15,390 nucleotides of DNA from a virus. The stretch is taken from the UHGV virus genome UHGV-1727288; one strand, 5' to 3'. Below the pieces are notes generated by a model. That model was not told the DNA's origin, searched no databases, and saw nothing but the letters and a program-made list of their open reading frames with translations. Below are positions 1-7,153 of this stretch, in pieces. Each line of letters begins with the position of its first letter. The first letter of the stretch is position 1. The position numbers and the translations under genes are program-made.

Positions 1-323
1 CAGCTCCGGGTGATTACCCTGAAAATACAACCACTATCGCCCCGTTAACGCCATACGATAAATGGGATGGTGAGAAATGGGTGACCGATACTGAGGCACA
101 GCATAGCGCCGCAGTAGACGCGGCAGAAGCACAGCGCCAGTCACTGATTGATGCTGCAATGGCTTCCATCAGTCTGATTCAGCTGAAATTACAGGCCGGA
201 CGGAAGCTGACGCAGGCAGAAACAACCCGACTTAACGCCGTGCTGGATTACATTGACGCGGTGGCGGCAACAGATACCAGCACCGCGCCGGATGTCATCT
301 GGCCTGAACTGCCGGAGGCGTAG
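1..323 (+). CDS. Tail fiber assembly protein, alternative copy (Tfa'), 5'-truncated by window edge
   Basis: Open frame from the window start (codon phase 3, 6, ...) to the stop at 321-323. Translation ...PYDKWDGEKWVTDTEAQ...DVIWPELPEA is typical of tail-fiber-assembly C-termini. It is convergent with and overlaps the 3' end of the minus-strand tfa at 295-323. The track start at 81 is a GTG inside a longer open frame. Confidence 0.6.
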   Translation, partial: APGDYPENTTTIAPLTPYDKWDGEKWVTDTEAQHSAAVDAAEAQRQSLIDAAMASISLIQLKLQAGRKLTQAETTRLNAVLDYIDAVAATDTSTAPDVIWPELPEA

Positions 324-732
324 GCCATTCAATATCTGGCGCACCGGTAGTATCGACTAGCTCCAGTGCGTCCAGATAATCCAGCCACGAATTATATTGC
401 GCCAGTTCCTCGCCTTTCAGACGACCAATAGCGGCTTTACCGGGCCATTGTTTACTGTTCATGTATTCGTTGGCCTGATTAAGCAATAATTGCCTTTCTG
501 ATTCTGCCTGTTGAATAAGTTCTTCATGTGATGGTGGAGGTATTAGTGCCCATGTGGGTAATCCATTTTTTCCTGCAACACGAATTTTGTCATCTGGAGG
601 CGTATTGATTGCAAATTCATTATAAACATCATCACTGACAGCAAGAGCATCATCTGGCCATGAATTTGCATTAATGTAATCATCCTTAAGTGCAGGATTC
701 ACAAAAATGTTTAAAGATGGACTATAAAACAT
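295..732 (-). CDS. G: Tail fiber assembly protein (P2 G-like)
   Basis: 145-aa ORF starting 1 nt after the H stop (TAA 734-736, ATG 730-732). C-terminal ...DIEWPTPPAVQAR resembles the Tfa family and sits at the P2 gene G position. Confidence 0.8.
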   Translation of the reverse strand: MFYSPSLNIFVNPALKDDYINANSWPDDALAVSDDVYNEFAINTPPDDKIRVAGKNGLPTWALIPPPSHEELIQQAESERQLLLNQANEYMNSKQWPGKAAIGRLKGEELAQYNSWLDYLDALELVDTTGAPDIEWPTPPAVQAR

Positions 733-733
733 A

Positions 734-1909
734 TTACACCCCTATAGCGATATAACGACCTAATACAGCGTTTGCAGCAGTCGCTATGCTTGAAAAACCG
801 CGGAACTGATTTGATGTAATTGCAGAAGCCGACAGGATTCCTGCGCCTGAAGGTGCATGCCCCACATGACTAACTATCATTCCATAACATGCTGACGGAA
901 AGGCAAAAGGAAAATCGTTAAGATATCCGGCATCTTCACCACCAGACCCACCAAATCTCGCCTGCCCCCACTGAATAATCAGTGTTCTCCGGGAACCTGA
1001 AATAATTAACGGGATCGTTACATACCCATTCAGGCCAATGACACCCGATGCAGTGCCAGCCAGAGATAATTCTCCCAAACCAAGGTATGTGAGAAGACTA
1101 GGTACATCCTTTCCACTCAAATTAGTCAGCGTATTGTCCAGCGGTTGTTTACCTTCCAGCGCATTGTTAATGGTGGTGCTGAATTTCGGGTCATTGTTAA
1201 TGGCTGCGGCAATTTCTTTCAGTGTATCCATCGTGGCAGGCGCACCGTTAATCAGAGCGGTAATAGCGTCCTGAACAAACGCAGTAGTCGCAATCCGCGT
1301 GGTGTTATTTCCTGCGGTAGGTGTCGGCGCTTTTGGTTCTCCGGTAAATGTCGGATTATGTTTCTGTGCATACTGGGTATGAGGATCCTGTGCGGCAATG
1401 TGGTTTCTCATCTGGTCATCCACATACAGCCTTAATTCCAGGACTTCATCATCCACGTATTTACGGGTCGCCAGTACCACCGACGGGTCAATTTTCAGCG
1501 TAATAGCTTCGGTATTCGTGACAACCAGAATCATGCGGATAGTCTGGGTACGACCGCTGCCTTCCTGCAACTGCGGTTTGTACGTTTCCGGGCAGTTCGC
1601 CACCGCAATGAGTACGCCTTCATCATCGTAAAGCCCAATCTCACGGATCCAGAATCCTCCCTCGTTCTCAGGAATAATTTGCTCCGCAATAATCTGGCTC
1701 TGGTTGTTCGGGTCAACACTCAGAAGATTCAGCGGCGCGATGCGTTTCTGGTTAATCAGTTTTGTCTGTGCCGGGTCTGGTGTCGGCAAGACACCATTCG
1801 CATCACCAACGGCCATTTGCGTCAGATTCAGCTTACTGCCGAGCATCGTCGCGTTAGCCAGCCGTGCTGCGCCCTGATTAGTCAGAATGGCGTAGTATTT
1901 CACTGTCAT
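734..1909 (-). CDS. H: Tail fiber protein (P2 H-like), conserved N-terminus with variable C-terminal receptor-binding part
   Basis: 391-aa ORF. The N-terminal ~150 aa (…MAVGD…GGFW.RE.GLYDD.G.LIAVAN…YKP.L.EGSGR.QT.RM…) match the recalled P2 gpH N-terminus. It sits at the position of P2 H, and its start overlaps the I stop. Confidence 0.85.
   Translation of the reverse strand: MTVKYYAILTNQGAARLANATMLGSKLNLTQMAVGDANGVLPTPDPAQTKLINQKRIAPLNLLSVDPNNQSQIIAEQIIPENEGGFWIREIGLYDDEGVLIAVANCPETYKPQLQEGSGRTQTIRMILVVTNTEAITLKIDPSVVLATRKYVDDEVLELRLYVDDQMRNHIAAQDPHTQYAQKHNPTFTGEPKAPTPTAGNNTTRIATTAFVQDAITALINGAPATMDTLKEIAAAINNDPKFSTTINNALEGKQPLDNTLTNLSGKDVPSLLTYLGLGELSLAGTASGVIGLNGYVTIPLIISGSRRTLIIQWGQARFGGSGGEDAGYLNDFPFAFPSACYGMIVSHVGHAPSGAGILSASAITSNQFRGFSSIATAANAVLGRYIAIGV
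1070..1095. other. Candidate DNA-invertase (Hin/Gin/Cin/Pin family) crossover site inside gene H
   Basis: TTCTCCCAAACC-AA-GGTATGTGAGAA: 26 bp with two 12-bp arms that are inverted repeats (10 of 12 positions) around a central AA. Architecture and AAACCAAGG core resemble hix/gix/cix sites. It lies at the constant/variable junction of H, encoding ...LLTYLGLGE.... Confidence 0.6.
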
Positions 1910-2517
1910 GCGTTTACTCTCAGGTTATCAATTAAATGAATGGCCGAGGCCGGGAAATAATCCCCTCCGACAATAATGGCCTCCGGGGTGTAGGGATAAA
2001 CCGTCAGGGCGTCGCCGTGATAGCATCCCGCACCGGCAAAAATGTTGCCGGTTGTACTTAAACTGATAGCCAGTCCCGTCAGATGGCGGCTTGCCGGTTT
2101 TGCATCAGCAACGAGGCGCTCCAGCTCCTGATACATTTCTTCGGTGATACCCTGCTCAAGCACGCCAACAACGATACGGAACGTCCCCGGCTCCTCGTTG
2201 AGCTGCCACCACTCCCTCACCTCAATCAGATAGCCGAGCGGCTCCACCACACGCCGGATTGCACCTATAGTGCCTTTATGACAGTGAATGAAATACGCAT
2301 CGCGGATAACAGCGCGTTTTGTCGCTTCCGGCCACTTTTCATCCCACCTGTCGACCGAAAACGCCCACGCCAGCCACGGCAGCAGATTTGCCGGGCAGGT
2401 ATCCGGGTTCCACAGCTCACGAATACTGACCGGCGTTTTTTCAATTTCCGCACAGGCTTTTGCGGCGGCAACTTCAAGCGGTGATGAGCCGGTCGGCAGC
2501 AGTCGCGAATCACTCAT
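1906..2517 (-). CDS. I: Baseplate assembly protein I
   Basis: 203-aa ORF; the first ~100 aa match recalled P2 gpI (MSDSRLLPTGSSPLEVAAAKACAEIEKTPV...). Overlaps the J stop and H start as in P2. Confidence 0.9.
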   Translation of the reverse strand: MSDSRLLPTGSSPLEVAAAKACAEIEKTPVSIRELWNPDTCPANLLPWLAWAFSVDRWDEKWPEATKRAVIRDAYFIHCHKGTIGAIRRVVEPLGYLIEVREWWQLNEEPGTFRIVVGVLEQGITEEMYQELERLVADAKPASRHLTGLAISLSTTGNIFAGAGCYHGDALTVYPYTPEAIIVGGDYFPASAIHLIDNLRVNA

Positions 2518-3418
2518 CCGAGCCTCCGGTCACGACGCGGCATTCGGTGCAGAAAGACGCCTGCGTACTGTTGAGCACGATGTCGGCCAGTGGTGCGGCC
2601 AGCTCGACACGCTGCACGCCTTCCACATGCAAAGCGGCATAAATGGCAGACAGACGGATGTCGCGCCCCAGCCGGTGCTGTGCCGTGATGTATGCTTCCA
2701 GTTTTTTCACGGCGGCCGCGCGGATGGGTTCGCTTTCGGGACCAGGGTAAAGGTAAAGCGTGGCGTTTATCTGGTATTCAACGATGGCGGCAGACTGCAC
2801 GGTCACGCGGTCGGCAACCGGCCTGACGTCCTCGCCATTAAGGGCGTTACGCACCACAGCCAGCAGGTCTTCGGATGCGACGCCGTTATTTTCACGTGAC
2901 AGCACAGAGATAGTGACACAGGCAGGAGACGGACTGGTGACAGAAATATCGGCGACACGCCCGTCAGCACTGCGACCATGATACTGATAGGCTCCCACTG
3001 ACCCGGCGACGCTTAAGCCCTCAAAAGCCTGCTGAATACGCAGACGATAATCGGTGTCAGATTCCATCACTGCCGGTGTCGGCGGAATGGTCGAATCATC
3101 TGCCGGGGTGATAATCAGGCGCGTGGTGTTGTAATTGGCACCAATTACATCAAGGTCATTACCGGCAGCACAGGCCAGCATCACCGCCCGTGCGGCCTCA
3201 TTCACACGCTGACGCCAGATAAGCTCACGATAAGCATTTTCCTCCAGCAGTTTAACGAGAGGCTCAGATTCCAGCGTCAGGGTACGGGCGACCGCCTCCT
3301 GCTGGTCTTCCGGGTAAAGGGAAATCAGTGTCGCCTTGCGTTCGGCAAGAATGGTTTCAAAGTCCAGCTCCTCGACCACATCCGGTGCGGGTAGCTGGTT
3401 CAGGTCGATAATCGGCAT
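2510..3418 (-). CDS. J: Baseplate assembly protein J (baseplate wedge)
   Basis: 302-aa ORF, same length as P2 gpJ, with P2-like sequence (MPIIDLNQLPAPDVVEELDFE...). Sits between W and I. Confidence 0.9.
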   Translation of the reverse strand: MPIIDLNQLPAPDVVEELDFETILAERKATLISLYPEDQQEAVARTLTLESEPLVKLLEENAYRELIWRQRVNEAARAVMLACAAGNDLDVIGANYNTTRLIITPADDSTIPPTPAVMESDTDYRLRIQQAFEGLSVAGSVGAYQYHGRSADGRVADISVTSPSPACVTISVLSRENNGVASEDLLAVVRNALNGEDVRPVADRVTVQSAAIVEYQINATLYLYPGPESEPIRAAAVKKLEAYITAQHRLGRDIRLSAIYAALHVEGVQRVELAAPLADIVLNSTQASFCTECRVVTGGSDE

Positions 3419-3422
3419 GGTT

Positions 3423-3770
3423 TCAACTCACAGGGATGGTTAACGAAAGTGGCTGGCCGGTGTCGTTGTGCTGGCCGGTTAACATGACCGTCATTCGCCC
3501 GTCAAAACTGCGCTCAGTGGTGACGGATGACAGGGTGACGCGGGGTTCCCATTTCAGCACCGCCATGTAACAGGCGACCTTAATCTGCAACTCAAGCGCC
3601 GGGGTCTGCGGCTGGTCAATCATTGATGCCAGCAACGAGCCGTAATCACGACGCATCACCCGTGAACCGACCGGTGTGCGCAGGATATCGCCGATACTCT
3701 GGCTGATATGCTCAAGGTCAGTGACAGTCAGGCCATCACTGCGATTCATTCCGAGATAACGCGCTGTCAT
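3423..3770 (-). CDS. W: Baseplate assembly protein W (gp25-like wedge protein)
   Basis: 115-aa ORF matching P2 gpW in length and position. Start overlaps the V stop (ATGA). Confidence 0.9.
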   Translation of the reverse strand: MTARYLGMNRSDGLTVTDLEHISQSIGDILRTPVGSRVMRRDYGSLLASMIDQPQTPALELQIKVACYMAVLKWEPRVTLSSVTTERSFDGRMTVMLTGQHNDTGQPLSLTIPVS

Positions 3771-4402
3771 AGAGGTCCCCCTGTTGTGCCGCCACTGTCG
3801 CCGGGGTGTTTATGGGTATGCAGTACCTTACCGTTTGATGAGAGTTCACCGCCGGTGTGTTCAATGTTGCCGCGCATCGTCCCGCCCTTCTGCACTTCCA
3901 GCGTGCCGGTAATCAGCCTGTTGGTGCAGACTACCTCCGGTGTGTCCAGGGTGATGCGGGTTGACGCTTTCACCATGACCACCGGCACCGTGGCAGTAAC
4001 AGAATCAGAAGCCGTCACGCTGGCCGTTTTAATTCCGCTTACCGTGAGTGCACTGGTTTCGGGTTCATACTCAATCACCGCCCCGTCAGGGAAACGGATA
4101 TGCAGGGCATCCGCCGACGCAGACGGCGCGGGGTTATCGCCGGAATAAATCCCCGGCAGAACGAACGCCGTGTCGAGTTCACCGCCCACGGCCAGAATCA
4201 GCACCTGCTCCCCCACGGAAGGTGCCCACCATGTGCGCGAACGTCCGGCACGATGGGTCAGCCACTGAAGCCAGTCGGTGCACATACCGCCGGTCTGCAC
4301 ACGGCAGCGACCGGCGTTAAGGTCGGTTTCGACGATAATGCCGGGGCGTATCATGTTGCGCAGTGCGCGCGCGAGTTCCTGGATATTTGCGAGTGTTTTC
4401 AT
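3767..4402 (-). CDS. V: Baseplate central spike / assembly protein V
   Basis: From the ATG at 4400-4402 (MKTLANIQELARALRNMIRPGIIVETDL...) the product is 211 aa, matching recalled P2 gpV. The track's longer ORF uses an upstream TTG (4438); an ATG at 4414 is also possible. Confidence 0.85.
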   Translation of the reverse strand: MKTLANIQELARALRNMIRPGIIVETDLNAGRCRVQTGGMCTDWLQWLTHRAGRSRTWWAPSVGEQVLILAVGGELDTAFVLPGIYSGDNPAPSASADALHIRFPDGAVIEYEPETSALTVSGIKTASVTASDSVTATVPVVMVKASTRITLDTPEVVCTNRLITGTLEVQKGGTMRGNIEHTGGELSSNGKVLHTHKHPGDSGGTTGGPL

Positions 4403-4535
4403 AAGATCTAGCATGCTGCTGAGAACTGATGAGAACAATAAAAGAGTGTTTATCTAAGGTTGACACAACACTCCATTTGAAGTGAATATAATGATTACTT
4501 AACTGGCAAAAAAACATCCTCACTAATTGGAGCCA
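4403..4535. promoter_or_regulatory. AT-rich divergent control region: expected late promoter for V (minus strand) plus promoter and RBS for the toxSAS cargo gene (plus strand)
   Basis: Sharp drop in GC relative to flanking genes. TTGACA at 4460-4465 and TATAAT at 4487-4492, but with a 21-nt spacer (non-canonical). GGAG at 4529-4532 upstream of candidate starts. In P2 the V operon has its own Ogr-dependent late promoter at this position. Confidence 0.4.
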
Positions 4536-5627
4536 ATGGATACACGCATGTCAGACATTCTAATTACTTATGATGAACGGAAAGATAAATTTGAGTCCTA
4601 TGCCCTTACTCTTAAATCGTTATTAACCACGTTAATTCGCAATGAAAAAATTTCAATTCACTCACTTGAATCAAGAGTTAAAACAAAAAAAAGCCTTGAA
4701 GGTAAGATTAATAAAAAGGGAAAATACAAGTCTATAGATGATATTACTGATATCGTTGGTATCAGGATCATCACACATTATGCTGATGATGTTGATAAGA
4801 TAGCTGCTATAGTTGAAAAGGAGTTCACCATTGACCAAGAGAACTCTATTGATAAAAGAACCTCAATTGCGCCTGATAAATTTGGTTACCTATCACTTCA
4901 TTATATAGTAACTTTAAACTCAACCAGAACAAACTTAAAAGAATATGAAGTATATAAAAACATCAAAGCCGAATTACAAATACGATCAATCCTTCAGCAT
5001 GCCTGGGCGGAGATTGAACACGACATTGGTTATAAGTCGGCCACAGGACTGCCTAATGAAATAAGAAGATACTTTTCACGCTTAGCTGGTCTTTTAGAAA
5101 TGGCCGATGATGAATTTATTAAAATCAGAAAAAAGATTTCTGAACGGCAGAAAGAGGTTGCAAAAGAACTAGAGCAAGGAACTAGTGATTCAGTTTTAGA
5201 TATTTTCACTTTGGATGAATTCTTAAACACAAGTCGAGTTATGAGTGAACTTTCAGAAGAGATAAAAGAAAAAACAGGAATCACAGTACATGGCCGATAC
5301 AAGGATAAAGATTTGGGATACCTACTAAATGGTTTAAACCTAGCCAACATAACTACAATAGAACAACTCAATCAAAAACTCTCACAAATGAAAAAGCAGA
5401 TCGTAGATAGAATATTCTGCTTCGGAGAACCATTTATTAATTATTGCAGAGAAACCACCATGCCAAAAGAAGCTCTTTTGAGTTATTTATGTCAAATTAT
5501 CGTTGCGTTTCAAAACTCACCTTCGTTAGAATCTGAATTTAATAACAAAGCAGGTTTAAATCTGAAAAACAGCGATATCTCCGATTTTTTCTCGAATATA
5601 AGAGAAAACATAAGCACACAACCTTAG
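4536..5627 (+). CDS. RelA/SpoT-synthetase-domain protein; candidate fused toxSAS toxin-antitoxin (CapRel-like) anti-phage defense protein
   Basis: The N-terminal half has the synthetase motifs of RelA/SpoT nucleotidyltransferases: SRVKTKKSLEGKINKK, DIVGIRIITHYADD, GYLSLHYIV, ELQIRSILQHAWAEIEHDIGYK. The ~160-aa C-terminal extension has no motif I recognise. No adjacent small antitoxin ORF. AT-rich and on the opposite strand to the flanking phage genes. Start is ambiguous: TTG 4527, ATG 4536 or ATG 4548. Confidence 0.8.
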   Translation: MDTRMSDILITYDERKDKFESYALTLKSLLTTLIRNEKISIHSLESRVKTKKSLEGKINKKGKYKSIDDITDIVGIRIITHYADDVDKIAAIVEKEFTIDQENSIDKRTSIAPDKFGYLSLHYIVTLNSTRTNLKEYEVYKNIKAELQIRSILQHAWAEIEHDIGYKSATGLPNEIRRYFSRLAGLLEMADDEFIKIRKKISERQKEVAKELEQGTSDSVLDIFTLDEFLNTSRVMSELSEEIKEKTGITVHGRYKDKDLGYLLNGLNLANITTIEQLNQKLSQMKKQIVDRIFCFGEPFINYCRETTMPKEALLSYLCQIIVAFQNSPSLESEFNNKAGLNLKNSDISDFFSNIRENISTQP

Positions 5628-5656
5628 CTTTAGTTTTAACGTATTCTAACAGAAGA

Positions 5657-5682
5657 CTGCTGCCGGTAAGCACCGGCAGCAG
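5657..5682. terminator. Hairpin between convergent genes (toxSAS gene and S), likely terminator
   Basis: Perfect inverted repeat CTGCTGCCGGT-aagc-ACCGGCAGCAG (11-bp stem, 4-nt loop), 30 nt after the toxSAS stop and 26 nt beyond the S stop. The minus-strand side is followed by a moderately T-rich tract (GTCTTCTGTT); the plus-strand side is not. Confidence 0.55.
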
Positions 5683-5707
5683 CAATGAGGTGTCGGGAAT
5701 GACACAA

Positions 5708-6160
5708 CTAACGCTCAAGGTGAGCCAGGATAATCTCTTCAATCATCTGCGCATCCTCACCGGTAAAGCCGAGCAGAGGACGCGCCGGATAATCAATTTT
5801 CTTACCGTCTTTCCGGGTTTCTTCCGACAGACCGAACTGATGCACACTGGCGATTTTCGGTGACTTCCCGCCGTAAAACTCCATTGATGCCTGTTCAGGG
5901 CTGGCGCGGATATGCAAAAAACGACTGGTGATAAGTTTCGCAAACATTTTTCGCTTAACGCGACCGGTCTTTTTTCTGGCGCTCTGCTGCTGGCGTGGCG
6001 CGTAGGGGGTGCCGTCCGGGGCTTTCTGTGCCATCACCCGACGCTGCTGACTCTGCCGCAGACGTTTCGCCAGTTCGGCGCTCAGTCGCCGACGCCCTGA
6101 CGGTGACAGCGATTCAATCAGTCCGGTCAGCCGGTCTTCAAAACGCTTAAACTCATTCAT
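5708..6160 (-). CDS. S: Tail completion / virion morphogenesis protein S
   Basis: 150-aa ORF matching P2 gpS in length and position. Start overlaps the R stop. Confidence 0.88.
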   Translation of the reverse strand: MNEFKRFEDRLTGLIESLSPSGRRRLSAELAKRLRQSQQRRVMAQKAPDGTPYAPRQQQSARKKTGRVKRKMFAKLITSRFLHIRASPEQASMEFYGGKSPKIASVHQFGLSEETRKDGKKIDYPARPLLGFTGEDAQMIEEIILAHLER

Positions 6161-6620
6161 CCCACTTGCTCACCAGTTCGCCATTGATATAAAGCTCCAC
6201 CGGGCGGGTGACCGGCTCCGGCGGCGTGGGTTCCGGGATATTCTTCACATGCAGTGCGCCGTCCACCTCACTGACCAGCGTGCGCTCGGTCAGCATCAGG
6301 CTGATACTGATATCAAAGCTGCTGTCATTGTTGATGTCTGCATAAAACGTGAAGCCCTTTTTCTGGCCTGCGTCGGTGGTCATGATGTCGGGCTGATTTT
6401 CCCGCAGCCACGCCAGCACCGGCACGATGAGCAGGTCAAAATCACCGGTAAAGTCGGTCACAATCACATTGAGCGTGTAACGCTTTTCGAATGACAACGA
6501 CGTCGCCAGCGTGGAGGCAATACTCCCGTTATCAACGAATATCCGCAGCATCTCGGGACTGGTTTTCAGCACCGTGACGGCATCAGTCAGCGCCCTGCGC
6601 AGGCTGTCGGGTTTGAGCAT
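6153..6620 (-). CDS. R: Tail completion protein R
   Basis: 155-aa ORF matching P2 gpR in length and position, between the spanin genes and S. Confidence 0.88.
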   Translation of the reverse strand: MLKPDSLRRALTDAVTVLKTSPEMLRIFVDNGSIASTLATSLSFEKRYTLNVIVTDFTGDFDLLIVPVLAWLRENQPDIMTTDAGQKKGFTFYADINNDSSFDISISLMLTERTLVSEVDGALHVKNIPEPTPPEPVTRPVELYINGELVSKWDE

Positions 6621-6873
6621 CGTTTTCGTCCTGACAGTGTTTAATCATTTTTACCTGGCTGGCACAGCGTGCCAGCGCGTTCTCAAGCTGCCGGATATCA
6701 GCACTTAAATCGCCGTTCGTCTCCGGGTCACTGCCCGGCATCGGGCAAAGGCTCACTTTCGGGCAGGCGTTGGCGACAATCACTGGCGTCGGTGCAGGCC
6801 GGGCGCTGGTGCAACCGGCGCACAGCATCAGGCAGGTCAGCACCGTACCAGCGGCGAAAATCTTCGTTTTCAT
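6583..6873 (-). CDS. lysC: Outer-membrane spanin lipoprotein (Rz1-like, P2 LysC-like)
   Basis: 96-aa ORF with an N-terminal hydrophobic signal and lipobox-like LMLCAGC, then a Pro-rich segment. It starts inside lysB in another frame and runs past the lysB stop into R (overlapped spanin architecture, as in P2). Confidence 0.7.
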   Translation of the reverse strand: MKTKIFAAGTVLTCLMLCAGCTSARPAPTPVIVANACPKVSLCPMPGSDPETNGDLSADIRQLENALARCASQVKMIKHCQDENDAQTRQPAQGAD

Positions 6874-7153
6874 TCAGTAACCTCGTGATGGTTTTCTCGC
6901 GCTGTGCTTCACGCTTCGCGGCGTTCTCCAGTTCCTGACGCAGTGCCACCTGCGCCAGCTCGTTTTTGTCTGCTCTGGCGAGGGCAACATGAAGCTGATT
7001 TTTCAGCATGGTGATGGTCGTCTGCTGCCCGTTGGCGACGTTGTTCGCCCTGTCCAGCGAGGTGCGCAGGCTGGCGTTTTCATGCTTCGCCAGAAACAGA
7101 CCAGCCACCGCCAGTGATAACAACACAACCAGCACAATCATCAGCTTTAACAT
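6728..7153 (-). CDS. lysB: Inner-membrane spanin (Rz-like, P2 LysB-like)
   Basis: 141-aa ORF with an N-terminal transmembrane segment (MLKLMIVLVVLLSLAVAGLF) followed by a charged, helix-prone region. Sits at the P2 lysB position. Confidence 0.85.
   Translation of the reverse strand: MLKLMIVLVVLLSLAVAGLFLAKHENASLRTSLDRANNVANGQQTTITMLKNQLHVALARADKNELAQVALRQELENAAKREAQREKTITRLLNENEDFRRWYGADLPDAVRRLHQRPACTDASDCRQRLPESEPLPDAGQ

Noticed and set aside
2288-2899. 203-aa plus-strand ORF (also 2083-2484, 2460-2642, 2760-2981)
   Set aside because: Antisense to the confidently assigned I and J genes. Long spurious antisense frames are expected in GC-rich coding DNA, and the translations have no recognisable motif.
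3708-4411. Plus-strand ORFs of 146, 90 and 103 aa across the W/V region
   Set aside because: Antisense to V and W, with Pro/Arg-rich low-complexity translations.
4403-4438. Longer V ORF starting at TTG 4438 or ATG 4414
   Set aside because: The 211-aa product from ATG 4402 matches the recalled P2 gpV N-terminus and length. The upstream extension would add residues absent from P2 V, and the TTG start is only an ORF-caller artefact.
4460-4492. TTGACA ... TATAAT as a canonical sigma70 promoter for the toxSAS gene
   Set aside because: Both hexamers are perfect but separated by 21 nt instead of 16-18. Kept only as a low-confidence regulatory region, not called as a defined promoter.
5030-5371. 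113-aa minus-strand ORF inside the toxSAS gene, considered as a possible separate antitoxin
   Set aside because: It is antisense and fully internal to the toxSAS coding sequence, has no ribosome-binding site, and its translation is low-complexity (Ser/Leu/Phe-rich). An antisense RNA antitoxin cannot be excluded, but nothing in the sequence supports a protein.
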